A stretch of 64,000 nt of DNA from Octopus vulgaris (taxonomy: Eukaryota). The notes under the pieces are model-generated. The model ran no database searches. It saw nothing but the letters and a program-made list of their open reading frames with translations, and was not told the DNA's origin. The stretch lies in the NCBI GenBank assembly GCA_951406725.2, contig OX597831.1, positions 4,898,001-4,962,000 on the forward strand, written 5' to 3'. Shown piece after piece: positions 40,753-58,544 of this stretch; position 1 is the first letter of the stretch, and each line of letters starts with the position of its first letter. The position numbers and the translations under genes were made by a program.

Positions 40753-40935
40753 TATATATACATACATGCTTAAGGTCATGTACATGCTTATTCGCTTATT
40801 CTGTATATATATATAGATATTTATGTACACACGTTTATAAATAAAAGCTCCCGTACTTAAATATATACAAACATGCATACATACACAAACACACACACAC
40901 ACTTACACACATCGATATATACATATACATATGTG

Positions 40936-40967
<32 letters not shown>

Positions 40968-40979
40968 GATGGAGACATG

Positions 40980-41012
<33 letters not shown>

Positions 41013-41021
41013 GGAGACATG

Positions 41022-41062
<41 letters not shown>

Positions 41063-41156
41063 GCAAACATATACATATACATATATACATACATATATGC
41101 AAATATGTATATGTATGTATATATGTGTGTGTGTTTGTAGATGTATACATTTGTGA

Positions 41157-41203
<47 letters not shown>

Positions 41204-41357
41204 TATATATATATAGATAGATAGATAGATAGATAGATACACACACACATACTTCTAGTACATATATTAGCAATATCACATATTTATATTTTCGTTGAAA
41301 CCATTTACAAGACATGAAATATATGGATACATGAATATGTGTTTGTGTGTGTGTGTG

Positions 41358-41439
<82 letters not shown>

Positions 41440-41801
41440 GATATACACACACACATATATATATATATATATTCAAATGTATATGTAGCTATAATCGTTA
41501 TTATAGTCTCATACGTCGCTCGCTCGACAGCGAAATCACTTGTGAACCATTTATTGTCGCGGCATATGATTGGTTATGTTATATTTATCGTCTTAGAGAG
41601 GGCTGAAGTGTTTATCTTTTCCGCTTCATCAAACACAACTACACATTTTATCTTTGGACGTTATTTTTTTTTTATCACAGCCGTGTGACATGCAACCATC
41701 CGCAGCTACACCAGAATGTACGCTAATATTTACCTCTATTTTATATCTGTTTATCTGTGTGTGTTTAAATATGCATGTATCTACCTATCTATCTATCTGT
41801 C

Positions 41802-41838
<37 letters not shown>

Positions 41839-41890
41839 GAACATAATGGGATCTATATATCTGTATGTGTATATATATGTATGTAATATG

Positions 41891-41929
<39 letters not shown>

Positions 41930-42387
41930 TTGCATATATATATACCAACGTATATGTACATATTTATATATACTTTTTCGTATTGTATATATATATATAA
42001 ACACATAAATATTGTATACTATATCATTCAAGTTATATAAATAAATATTACATACGTGCATGTTATAAGTAGGTATATATGTATATGTATATTTATATAT
42101 ACGCATGTTTATATATACATATATATATCTATATACTCACGCAAACACACGCACACACACATATATATGTATATATAAATATGTATGTGTGTTGTGTGTG
42201 TGTGGGGGGGGGTTCACGTGTGTGCATGTGTGTATATACACACCGCACGAATATACATACACACGTACATATATATACCCACACATACAAACAACTTTAC
42301 ATTGCGCTCGATTCCTAGCCACTCGCGAATGCACCACGAAATCTTCAGACATGTTTATGAGTCAATAAGGATATACAATACACACAC

Positions 42388-42431
<44 letters not shown>

Positions 42432-42542
42432 ACGTACATGTATGTATGTGCGTATGTGTGTGTGTGTGTGTGCTCGCCTGTTTTTCTGTACAGACACACA
42501 CACACACACTCGCATATTCTTAGATTTATATACGTTCACACG

Positions 42543-42627
<85 letters not shown>

Positions 42628-42901
42628 TAAATTATTCAGTTAAATAATCAAAATGTATTTGATATTTTAACCGCAAAAGGACAAACCGCAGAAAAGTGCT
42701 CAACTAACGTTCATTTAAATAATTAAATGCACGGGGCTATAACTGTACGTGTATATCAATGGATATGAAGAGATCATTGGTTCGCTTTCTGTCACTTGCA
42801 AAGTTTGCCTAAGATAAATGAATACAAATAACAAATCATAATATATGCATATATATATATATATATATATATAATATACATATACATACATATATATATA
42901 A

Positions 42902-43031
<130 letters not shown>

Positions 43032-43058
43032 TTATATATTTATATATTTATATATTTA

Positions 43059-43109
<51 letters not shown>

Positions 43110-43734
43110 GTGTGTGTGTACGTATGTATATATATGTATATATGTGTGTGAATGTGTGTGTGCACGTGTGTTTGTGTATAAAATTGATTCGAGTGACGTT
43201 TGATGTCGTACCTGACAAACCTATAATGCCATAGTGATGTAAATATTAAGTAAAATCGTTCTTGGAAGTCGAAAGCCACCCATCGGACTCAACCCCATAT
43301 CTCCTGTAAACATGATTGTATGGAGTGTTCGATTCTCTTATTAGTAGATTCGACAAAATTGTACTCTATCCACCAAGCGATATATACTACTTTATTTAAA
43401 AAAAAAAAAGGAACTTAAAATATTGCTTGAGTACAGGGGACCCTATACAAGCTCGTCCGAGTACGGTACTTTCCAAGCATAAAACTTTTCGTAGATGACG
43501 CCTAAGTCCTCTACACACACACAAACACACACACACACACATATATATTTATATCTTTATATATATATATATTATTTTATGTAGAAAAATACAAACTGGG
43601 ACAAGAACGTAAAACATTTAAAAGACGATACAAAAAACACGGACGGGATATTCGAAGCCTTCAATCTTCAGTCAAAAACCGGATCATCCTCGCAATTTCG
43701 GCTGATTAATCTTGACAGATGTATGTGTGTATAT

Positions 43735-43787
<53 letters not shown>

Positions 43788-43842
43788 TGAAGGGAGAGAT
43801 GAAAGAAAAAGGCACTCAGCACATTTTACGGGGGATACAATA

Positions 43843-43963
43843 TATTATTATTCAAAACAGTTTCATTCGGCCGCATGCTACTTAAAGTTCCGCCGACGAG
43901 TTAGTTTTTCATTACGGAACATACGAAAATTTAAGCTGCAGGGAGCCGAATGTAACTGTTTTA

Positions 43964-43973
<10 letters not shown>
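43843..43973. repeat. Fold-back hairpin of about 130 bp (MITE-like)
   Basis: 29-bp outer arms tattattattcaaaacagtttcattcggc / gccgaatgtaactgttttaaataataata with 2 mismatches. Inner pairings are cttaaa/tttaag and gttccg/cggaac. Confidence 0.8.
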
Positions 43974-44006
<33 letters not shown>

Positions 44007-44028
44007 TATTGGTGTATAAATGTATATA

Positions 44029-44070
<42 letters not shown>

Positions 44071-44110
44071 CACACATACATACATATACATATTTATACA
44101 CACATATATA

Positions 44111-44151
<41 letters not shown>

Positions 44152-44294
44152 AATACAAACTGGGACAAGAACGCAAAACATTTAGGAGACGATACAAAAA
44201 ACACGGACGGGACATTCGAAGCCTTCAATATTCAGTCAAGAACCGGATCATCCTCGCAGTTTCGGCTGATTAATCTTGAGATTGCTCCAATATA

Positions 44295-44370
<76 letters not shown>

Positions 44371-44711
44371 TAGATATATATATATGTATATATATGCTAG
44401 CGGTGTTAAATAACTGAAGCGCATCCGAAAGCAGACAAAATATGCGTAATTACAGAAGATACCCAAGTGCACACCTATAAACAGTCAAGGTGAATATTAG
44501 CCTTAAATGTGTCAACACATGGTTACATCTTAACAAATATATTTTGAGATACCCCAGTACCGCGGCCCACCCGGATGCAAAGTTGTTAACCAAAATATGT
44601 ACGAGTGTCCCTGCTTTATCTGATGTTTTTTGCAAGAATTTCTCCAGATAAAATACTCTGTGTTATCGAGTAATTATCTTTCCTTATGTGCACACACAAA
44701 CACACACACAC

Positions 44712-44758
<47 letters not shown>

Positions 44759-44882
44759 CATATATATATATACACACATTCACAACATGCCTCTACACAT
44801 ATACATACGGATGTAATTTACATAGCGGGTGCACCTAAGTTTGCATATACTGCATGCTTACTAAGTGCGTGTGTGTGTGTTT

Positions 44883-44962
<80 letters not shown>

Positions 44963-45455
44963 GTCTGTGTCTGTCTGTGTTTGTGTATCCACTTTGGCCA
45001 CTTCATAGGTGCATAATAATGCCATATGGTATGAAGAACTCTCACTCTTCATTTGAGTCTAAGGTGCCCTCAACCACGAATCCAACAACACGTACATATA
45101 CACATGCATACATGCAAACAGACTGACAGACAGATAGTTTGACAGGTAAACAGGTAAATAAATAGAGGGAGAGATACATGTAGATGTATTCATATATATA
45201 TATATGCAAGATACATGCATATATGAAAAAAAGTACAGGTGTAAGCATAAATTTATGTATTCATGTGCGTGCGTGCGTGTGTATGTGTGTGTGTGGGTGT
45301 GTATTTATATATATATTTATATAACAGTGCATATATGGAGATAGATATAAATTTGCATATGTCCAAAAACATGTATACATATATACATTTATATTTTAAT
45401 ATATACATTTAAAAAAACAATATATATGTTTGTGTATATACATATATGTATATAT

Positions 45456-45501
<46 letters not shown>

Positions 45502-45526
45502 AACGTTTACATACATATAAACAAAC

Positions 45527-45572
<46 letters not shown>

Positions 45573-45855
45573 GTATATATATATGTATATATGTATATGT
45601 ATATATATGTATATATAAACCACTACTTCTATGTATATAAGCATTTATACATACGTACACACACACATATTTTGATATAATATGTATGCATATGTGTTCA
45701 TATCTAAATATAAATATATATATGAATGTATTTATAACTACATATATGAGTGTATATATATATATATATTATATATATATAAATACATATATATATATAT
45801 ATATATACATATACATTTATATACATATATACATATACCTACATGTATATATATA

Positions 45856-45909
<54 letters not shown>

Positions 45910-46278
45910 CCATGTTTGTTTATGTGCGTGTCTATAAATGTCATTGTAATATTATTAATTTAAAGCGTATTTCAAAAAAGTAAAATAGCATTTAATGTGT
46001 AAGCCGACTCAATATTGATAGTTGACTGAAATCTGTCACTGAATATAGTTGCTTCGTAGTTAATGTTTCGCCTGACAGCTTATGCAACCGGTGCACAATA
46101 TATTCTGTCTAGTATTTTATGTGAAATGCCACGCGAGTCACCTTATTAAAAGAAATTGTCTTGTTACGTTTAGTTATTGACCACTGGTGTGAAAAGGACA
46201 AAATACAGAAGTCTTATTCTTAGTGTTAGTCATATACACACACACACAAACACATACATACATATATAGGCTTACAAA

Positions 46279-46330
<52 letters not shown>

Positions 46331-46443
46331 CACATATATATATATCCATATATATATATACATATATATGTGTGTATATATATCTATACAGTCACATATA
46401 TACATTCTTGTATCTATCTATATATATATATATATATATATAT

Positions 46444-48009
<1,566 letters not shown>

Positions 48010-48082
48010 TAGTATACTTTCTTGCATTACAGCAGTCTTCACGGTCCCAGGTTGTGACAGGAGTGTTTCAACTGTGTGTATA

Positions 48083-48150
<68 letters not shown>

Positions 48151-48151
48151 C

Positions 48152-48196
<45 letters not shown>

Positions 48197-48827
48197 TACA
48201 TACATTCATACACACATACATACATATATACATATATATATATATACATACATACATACATACATACATACACACACACACATATATATACATGAGGCTA
48301 TGTTGAAAAGTTCCTGGCTTTGAGTAAAAGAAAATACAGGAGGATCAGTTAATTATGATTTTATCCCAAATATTCCCCTCTCAGATTCACATACTTATTG
48401 CAGCGGTCCTTCAGTTTTTCTAAGTTTTGTAAAATAATTCGGAAGGTTAGGCCTCCAACTAGGCCTTTCGCGATACCCTTAAAGCCAGGTACATTTCAAC
48501 ACCCCACGTTTATATATATACACACATACAGATATGCGTTTGTATCAGGGCCGGCTAAATGTAGTGAAACCCTGAACAAACAATGCTAAAAATCAAAGCC
48601 CTATAATCGACTTAGTATATATATAAAACATATAAACAATCTACCCTCTTTCCAACTGTTCTTTGATAAAACTGGGTGATTTATAAAATCTTATTCGTTA
48701 GTTGCGTTCGTTTATATATTCTTATAATCTGTTCTGCACGATTATTTCTCACATAAGAGAAAACGCTGATGTGTTTGTGTATATGTGTATACATATCTTT
48801 ATATATATATTTGTTTTTACGTGTGCG

Positions 48828-48871
<44 letters not shown>

Positions 48872-49061
48872 TAATGAGTGTGTATGTATGCGTTTACAAC
48901 ATCCTCACCTGGACAGATTCTATAAAACTACATTAAAAGGACAGATACCAAAAAAAAAAAAAAAAGAACAGGTTGAAAATTATTCAAACAAAACCTCAAC
49001 CGAAAATCAGAGGCCCTCATATACATACATATGGACATACGGACACACACACACACACATT

Positions 49062-49138
<77 letters not shown>

Positions 49139-49280
49139 GTGTATGTATATAAAACATCTAATGACTAGAAGGGATGGAGAGTCAGTGTACAATTTGTAAA
49201 CATCTATTTATTTAAAAGGATAGTCGTTATCAGAAACGTCATGCTTATTTATGTTTTTGAAACATGTACACATACACACA

Positions 49281-49351
<71 letters not shown>

Positions 49352-49685
49352 GCACGCACACACACACGCAGGCCCATGTACAGCTACATCTCGTTCAAGG
49401 CGCCGGTTCCCACCTGATAATTAAATTTAAGGGAATTGAGTCTAGTTAAGTACTTAGATGTGGGATTTTGTATTACCTTGTGCAAAGAGAAAACATATTG
49501 CACGAAGATCTACGAGGTGTGGATATGTTAAAATAAACCGCAAAGGAGGGCAATATTGACCAACACTCTGTTTCACCGGAACCAATCCGGAAGAAACATG
49601 TAGGAAAAGGGTTTTGAAACAAGTAAGCAAATTACAAATGACGATACCCCAGAATGAATGCAGCTTCTGGCTGACACAAATAAAA

Positions 49686-49719
<34 letters not shown>

Positions 49720-49724
49720 CTATG

Positions 49725-49786
<62 letters not shown>

Positions 49787-49924
49787 AGATTAATCAGCCG
49801 AAATTGCGAGGATGATGCGGTTCTTGACTGAAGATTGAAGGCTTCGAATGTCCCGTCCGTGTTTTTTGTATCGTCTACTAAATGTTTTGCGTTCTTGTCC
49901 CAGTTTGTATTTTTTTACATATAC

Positions 49925-49981
<57 letters not shown>

Positions 49982-50255
49982 GTATATATATATATACGAC
50001 GGGCTTCTTTCAGTTTCCGCCTCTCAAATCCATTCACAAGGTTTTGCTCTACCCGAGGCTATAGTAGAAGACACTTGCCCAAGGTGTCACACAGTGGGAC
50101 TGAACCTGGAACCATGTGGTTCGTAAGCAAGCTTCTAACCCTACAGCCACTCATATAAATAATAGCCTAATACAAGCAATAATTATTATTATACGCTTCG
50201 ATATCCACCGGTCTTCAACCACAATTCTACCTAGTCTCCCGTCTCTCTATGTCTA

Positions 50256-50333
<78 letters not shown>

Positions 50334-50380
50334 CCTCACTCACTCACCTTTTGAACTCGTTTAAAAGTATTTCTCCATGA

Positions 50381-50539
50381 CCATATTTGAACGTGTATAA
50401 GGAATCCCCTAATTTTAGGGGCTTAAAATTTGGAAAAATGTTTTGTAAGAGATTATAATACAATCCATGTATAAGAAACCCCCATATTTTTTACCTAATG
50501 TTTGACAAAAAAGGGTTCCTTACACACATTAAAATACGG
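50381..50539. mobile_element. Tc1/pogo-superfamily MITE
   Basis: Starts ccatattt..acgtgtataagga..ccc and ends gggttccttacacac.ttaaaatacgg-ta, an imperfect TIR pair of the CCGTATTT...TATAAG type. Confidence 0.55.
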
Positions 50540-50764
50540 TATATATTAAAAGCAGATTTTATTCTTTCTATCTGCCACTTACCCATAGTGTCTGGTTTCA
50601 TTTTAAATTTGGGCAAAAATATATCGCATCTGCCCACTGCTGATATGCAAAAATATTATCCCCAGCTGGGATTGAACTTGGGATCTCTACTAAAGAGATG
50701 AAATAATATTTGTAAAGCATTAACCTGAAGAAATTATTGGCTAACATTTCTCTAATCCTGACTT

Positions 50765-51590
50765 TTTTTTTACTTGTTTTCAGTCATTAGACTGTGGCCA
50801 TGCTGGGGCACCGCCTTCAAGAATTTTAGTCGATCGAATCTACCCCAATACTTACTATTTTTTGTAAAGACTGGTACTTATTCTATCACTCTCTTTTCTC
50901 GAACCGCTAAGTTATGGGGACGTAAACACATCAACACCGGTTGTCAAGTGGTGGTGGGTTGACAAACACATACACACACACACACACATATTCGACAGTC
51001 TTCTTTCAGTTTTCCATCTACCATAATCCAATCACAAGGCTGTATTAGAAGACACTTACTCAAGGTGCCACAGGCTGGAACTGAACCCGGAAACATGTAG
51101 TTGGGAATCAAAGTCCATACAGCACAGCCACATATGAAATTCTCTATCGTAAAGCCTTACTCCCCGAACACTATCGCCTGTGTTGTGACCATTCTTCCAG
51201 ACCTGGTTATTATGGGCTTATATTCTTTTATTCTTTTACTTGCTGGTGCACCGCCTTTAGTCGAACAAATAGACCCCAGGACTTATTCTTTGTAAGCCTA
51301 GTACTTGTTCTATCGGGCTCTTTTGCCGAACCGCTAAGTTACGGGGACGTAAACACACCAACATCGGTTGTCAAGCTATGGTGGAAGGGGGGACAAACAC
51401 AGACACACAAACATATACATATACATATATATATGATGGGCTTCTTTCACTTTCCGTCCACCAAATCCGCTCAAAAGGCTTTGGTTGACTCGTGGCTATA
51501 GTAGAAGACACTTGCCCAAGGTGTCACGCAGTGAGGCTGAACCCGGAACTATGTAGTTGGTAAGCAAACTACTTACCACACAGCCACTTC
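50765..51590 (-). mobile_element. Two SINE family A copies (about 50765-51130 and 51225-51590); a 5' half also at about 49995-50152
   Basis: Reverse-complement matches. Confidence 0.8.
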
Positions 51591-51686
51591 CGAAAGTTTG
51601 GTACACGGTCGGTAATTTCGAAGTGGTGGTGGGGGAGGTAAGCCGATTATATCGTCCCCCATTGCTCAACTGGTATTTATTTAATT

Positions 51687-51919
51687 AAGGCGGTGAGCTG
51701 GCAGAATCGTTAGCACGCCGGGCGAAATGCTTAGCGGTATTTCGTTTGCCGTTGCGTTGTGAGTTCAAATTCCGTCGAGGTCGACTTTGCCTTTCATCCT
51801 TTCGGGCTCGATAAATTAAGTACCAGTTACGCACTGGAGTCGATATAATCGACTTAATCCGTTTGTCTGTCCTTGTTTGTTCTATCTGTGTTTAGCCCCT
51901 TGTGTGTAATAAAGAAATA
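51687..51919 (+). mobile_element. SINE family B, full length, 15-bp TSD, inserted into an older antisense family B copy
   Basis: The TSD ggtatttatttaatt lies at 51672-51686 and 51920-51934. The host copy continues on both sides (about 51590-52055, minus strand). Confidence 0.9.
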
Positions 51920-52074
51920 GGTATTTATTTAATTGACCCTGAAAGGATCAAAGACAAAGTTAACCGCGCCGGAATTTCAGCTCAGAACGTAAACACGGAC
52001 GAAATGCTGTTAGGCATTTTGACTGGGGTCTTAAATATTTTATCTGCTCACCGTTCTATAAAGCTCTAAATAAA

Positions 52075-52287
52075 CCCTTTCTACTAAAGACACAAGATCT
52101 GAAATTTGGCGGGAGAGGATAAGCCGATTATATCGACCCCAGTGTTTCACTGGTACTTAATATATCGACCCTGAAAGGATGAAAGGCAAAGTCGACATCG
52201 GTGGAATTTGAACTCAGAACGTAGCAGCAGTCGAAATACCAGTAAACATTTCGTCCAGCGTGCTAACGATTCTGCCAGCTCTACCGC

Positions 52288-52346
<59 letters not shown>

Positions 52347-52351
52347 TGATG

Positions 52352-52440
<89 letters not shown>

Positions 52441-52655
52441 CCTTTCTACTATAGACACAAGGCCTGACATTTTGGGAGAGGGAACTAGTCGATTACATCG
52501 ACCTCAGTGTTTAACTGGTACTTAATTTATCGACCCTTAAAAAGGATGAAAGGCAATGTCGACCTCGGTGGAATTTGAACTCAGAACGTAAAGACGGAAG
52601 AAACGCCGTTAAGCTTTTTGCCTGGCGTGCTGACGATTCTGCCAGCTCGGTACCT
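52075..52655 (-). mobile_element. Two SINE family B copies (tail variant 2) separated by (AAT)n
   Basis: Reverse-complement matches at about 52075-52288 and 52440-52655. Confidence 0.8.
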
Positions 52656-53557
52656 GAATGGTAATAATACTAAGAAGAACAAGAACAAGAACAAGGAGAA
52701 GAACAACAAAAATTTTAATAGCAAGGGGCAAACCATGAATAAAATAACTTTTAAGGCAATAAAAACTATAGACGAAAATATAGTAAAAAAATGAATATTG
52801 GCGTAGTGTGGGGTAAGGAATAGGTTTGGGGTTGGTCCCTTCCTCTGAGGATTTAATTGCCGTTGTTTGGGGGAGTGGGAGAGGAAGTATGATTGAATAT
52901 GATTTTGAAACGGAGAGATTTGTATAGGGAGGTGGTCATGTGTTATGGTGGAAGAGAAAAAGGGGGGGGGAAGGTGGGAGAAAGAGAAGGATAGATAGAG
53001 AGAGGATGAGAGTGAGAAAGAAGAGTTAGAGAGAGAGAAATAAGGGAGACAGACAGGAAAGAGAGACAGAAGAGAGAAGAAAGAGAAAGAGAGAAAAGGT
53101 TCATGAAAGAGGTGAGAGTGAGAGAAGAGAGAACAAGGGGTGAGAGAGACAGGAGGAATAGAAGAGTAAAGGAGCGAAAGAATGACAGATAGAGAATGAT
53201 AGAGAGAGAGAGGGAGAGCGGCAGAGAGAGTTGATGGAAATACGAGGAAAAAATTAAAATCGAAAATCTAATCGAAACTAAAAAAAAAAAAAAAAAAAAA
53301 AAAAATATTTTCCCGGTCATTTTAATGTTTTATTTTTATTACCTTATTATTTTTTTGTTTTATCTTTTTTTTTTTCTAAGTTGCCGCCTCCACGTCCATC
53401 CCACAACAAAAGCCACGACAACAACAACAACAACATCAATTAAATATTGAATGGAATAATAGTTTAGTTTCATATCAAACCTTAATTGGTAGCATCAATT
53501 AGTAGCATTTAGTAGCCATATTAATATATCACCAACATCATTAACATCATCATCATC

Positions 53558-53621
<64 letters not shown>

Positions 53622-53629
53622 CCACCACT

Positions 53630-53677
<48 letters not shown>

Positions 53678-54524
53678 GTCATCATCATCACCGTTATTGT
53701 CATCGTCATCATCATCATTATTTTTATCTCCGACACTTATAAGCGCAGATATGCATGCCTTCGTACGCACGAGAATAGGCCTTCCATTCACAGGTTTAAA
53801 TATTCATGCTCGTGGGGGTCACGCAAACACACGCAGGTAATCATACAAATGTATATGTATGCACATCTTTATATATCCATATGTGCTTATAAGTGTATAT
53901 GTGTGTAATGTTTATTGTTTATAACACACAGAAGAAAAAGTACTCAATACAAAATTTAGAGAACAGATATATATATATTCGGTAGACATATTGCGCTGCT
54001 ACTTTAGATTCTGCCAATGTTTGATCTGTGAAACTACGAAGAATAGACTCTGAGATGTCGGCAATGCCAGCCTGATAGATCGAGCATACATGAAACTTAA
54101 TCATAAGATATCTTTTAATATTAATATATCGATGTATACCCAAGCTATAGACCCTCTTGCCGCTCTTTGATGAGACAGCTTTGACTATTTCTGGCTGAAG
54201 AGCTCTAATAAGATGAGAATATGTACAGTTTTAACTAAAGTAATAAAATATCATGTCAAATTTAACAGTGGTGCATAAATTAACTTTTGATCGAATGCAC
54301 ATTTGTGGGACATCACGTTTGTCCCTTCTGGAATAAACTTTGATAAAACCGAATAAATTTTCGTCTCATTACGATATACAAGTCTGATAGATGGAAATAT
54401 TATTGGATGCATCACGTAATAAATGATAGCCTGAATTCAACAATGTGAATTTAAAACAGAAAAGATAGTTTTGCCATCCACACATGCAAAAACATACGCG
54501 TGTGTGTGTGTATGTCTGCTGCGC

Positions 54525-54722
54525 GTTCAGCCTCACTGCGTGGCACCTTCGGCCGGTCTCTTCTACTATAGCCTCGAGCCCTTCAAAGCCTCGGCAGAAG
54601 GAAACTGAGGCTTGTATGCATGGGCGACTGCTGGTCTTCCATAAACAACCTTGCCCGGACTTGTGTCTAGGAGGGTAACTTTCTAGGTGCAATCCCATGG
54701 TCATTCATGACCGAAGGGGGGT

Positions 54723-54769
<47 letters not shown>

Positions 54770-55040
54770 GTGTGTGTGAGCCATCACCGCTTGACAACCA
54801 GTGCTAAGTTGTTTATTTTCCCTTAACATAGCGGTTCGGAATAAGAGAACCGACAGAATATGTACCAGGATTTAAAAAGTTAGTACTGGGTGTCAATTTG
54901 TTCAACGAAAACTGTCAAGGAACTCAACCCTTATAGCATTTAAAGGGTATAATGATTAAGATATTTTAGAAAAATGCCATAATTAAAGGCGGTGCTCCAG
55001 CATGGCCGCAGACAAATGACTGAAACATATAAAAGAATTA
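54525..55040 (+). mobile_element. Composite: SINE family A interrupted by a family C 3' fragment (about 54605-54726)
   Basis: A-type 5' part up to ggaaactga, then ggcttgtatgcatgggcgactgctggtcttcc...catgaccgaaggggg (as at about 398-510), then the A-type 3' part. Confidence 0.7.
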
Positions 55041-55608
55041 TCAAAAGACGACAGAATATGTCCGGGAAATCGCACCATATATTGGTCATCCCGGTCCAGT
55101 TTTCCGAGCGCCAACTTCACAACACCAAACGACCAACTAACCACGCCTACTGCAACCGAGTATAGTTTTTTTCAAATGACTGGACCAAGCAAAGCTGTCT
55201 TAGTCGCATTATAGGGTCCTGGGCAAACCAGTGCACTGGACACTATAGTATTTGTTGAGTGCCAGACACACAGCATTACATATATTAGAATCGGGTTTCT
55301 AGAGCCGTGAGGCCTCTCTTCCCAGGGTAGCTGCTCGATGTCTGCACGTATTCAGACGGCATTGATACTAAACAGAACTGACCCAGCTGGCACTGATGCC
55401 AAGTGCTACGACTTGCTTACTTTAATTTAACTTTAAGTGGTTCAACTGCAGCCCGCGAACCGTCATATTTAACGAGGTTTGGAGAGACGAATGGAGAGGC
55501 CGCAGGGGGGGAGGTTAAGCAAGAGGTGAAGAAAGATGCATATTCAGAAAATGAGAATTGAACTGATATCACTTGGCCAGATTTTGTTAATAATAAAAGG
55601 ATTTTGAA

Positions 55609-55655
<47 letters not shown>

Positions 55656-55864
55656 ATATCTATCTATCTATCTATCTATCTATCCATCCATCAATCTATC
55701 TACCTGGCTGTCTGTCTGTCTATCTATCTATCTTTGAATCAAGGTGTATTAATGATAAGGGCACCAACTATGGATCGAGATCAGCATAGTCGTATATATG
55801 CTGTATACAGACCCTCCCGCATGTATGCATGTATATATACATACATACATACATACATACATAC

Positions 55865-55917
<53 letters not shown>

Positions 55918-56329
55918 GGGAGAGAGAGAGAAACAGAGAGAGAGATACATACATACATATACGTACTATATATATATTATATATATAGAGAGAGATGATA
56001 GATATATATACATATATATATATATATATATGCATGCATACACATATATGTATAATGCATGTATACGTACACACACAAGCACACGCACACACAAGTTTTA
56101 TGTGTGTACTTGCATAAACAGCCGGACACACACACGCACACACGCACGCACATACACACACACACGCACACACACACACACACACACGTACACACTCATA
56201 CATATATATATCCGTTTATATCGGTGGATCACGAAGTAGACCAAACCATAAATAATAGCGTCTCTATTACTGCGTTAGGAAACCGTTTGGACGGGAAATA
56301 TCTACGGCTCACCCACGGGACTTGAACTA

Positions 56330-56697
<368 letters not shown>

Positions 56698-57125
56698 TGT
56701 GTATGTGTATATATATACATACATACATACATACATACATACATACATACAAATATACTCTCTTTTACTCTCTTCTACTTGTTTCAGTCATTTGACTGCG
56801 GCCATGCTGGAGCACCGCCTTTAGTCGAGCAACTCGACCCCGGGACTTATTCTTTTGTAAGCCCAGTACTTATTCTATCGGTCTCTTTGCCGAACCGCTA
56901 TGTAACGGTTATATATATAAATAATTTATATTACAAATGAGAAAATGAAGAAACACATTAGTTGGTTCACCAGCTTTAGGATATTAGAGTGTTGTCTTAT
57001 TTAATTAACAAAACTACAACCATAATAACATACATACAGCATAAAATGCAATACATTTAAGATAAGAATACAAATAGTTATTAAAAAAACATTAATATAA
57101 ATTGTTATATATATATATAAATTGT

Positions 57126-57181
<56 letters not shown>

Positions 57182-57206
57182 TATATACATACATACATAT
57201 ATATAG

Positions 57207-57393
57207 AATAGTGTACATTTAAACACATGAGAAAACTACCTTTAATGGGTAATTTTTACACGCTAGAAGAAGCAGTCAAAGCGACCAAAACCACATAACC
57301 ATAATGTGGTTTTGGTCATTTTGACTGCTTCTTCTAACGTGTAAAAATTACCCATTAAAGGTAGTTTTCTCTTGTGTTTAAATGTACACTATT
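57207..57393. repeat. Near-perfect palindrome: 90-bp arms, 7-nt loop, 4 mismatches
   Basis: Arms at 57207-57296 and 57304-57393, with loop aaccata. Confidence 0.92.
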
Positions 57394-57494
57394 TCATATT
57401 TGAGAATATGTTGTCTATTGACTTTTTACACATGCTAGGCCACATGTGGTGAGAATTCTAAAAATATTCATATATTTACATATATATATATATA

Positions 57495-57534
<40 letters not shown>

Positions 57535-57573
57535 TAATCCAAACGGGAAAACAGAAAAAACAACAACACGTGG

Positions 57574-57650
<77 letters not shown>

Positions 57651-58299
57651 GATAGATAGATATATAGATAGATAGATAGATACTTGCGCACGCACACACA
57701 AACACACACATCTACGAACGTTCTCGTACACATGTGTGTGTATGCGTGTGTGCGTATGCGTGTGTGTGTGTGCATGCGTGTGTGTTTGGTTAAAAAAAGT
57801 TATCATCTTCAATTTCCATAACTTAGCAGTTCATCAATAGATACCGATAGAATAAGTACCAGGCTTAACAGAAAATAAGCAGTGAGGGCCGGTTCTTTCG
57901 ACTAAAAGCAATCTTCAAGGTTGTGCTCCAGTATGGCCGCAGACGAATGGCTGAAAGTAGTAAAACATTAAAAACACGATCATCCGGATTTATAGATCGT
58001 GTAGGAGTTGTTGTAAATGTAAATTCGTAAAGCGAGTCATCTCGTACCCGAAGGTTTCGTGTGGTTGAGATTTATCGAACAGACGCATCGATACGATTGG
58101 AATAAACCAAACCGCTCGATATGCAGGCTTCTTATCGACAACCTGACGAAACATTCCGAACATCTCTGTCTCTCTCTTTCTTTCTATCTATCTATCTATC
58201 TCTCTCACTCTTCCTCTTCCTCTCTCCTCTCTCCCATCCCTCTCTTTCATTTTTGTATATATCTACATCTATGTATATGTATGTATTTATGTATGTATG

Positions 58300-58358
<59 letters not shown>

Positions 58359-58369
58359 CTATTTACATA

Positions 58370-58403
<34 letters not shown>

Positions 58404-58442
58404 CATATATACATGAATATATGTATGTATAGATATATATGT

Positions 58443-58544
<102 letters not shown>

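Noticed and set aside
55040-55600. Possible Nkx6 homeobox exon in a GC-richer unique island
   Set aside because: No frame gave homeodomain motifs. Part of it looks like a decayed hAT-type MITE.
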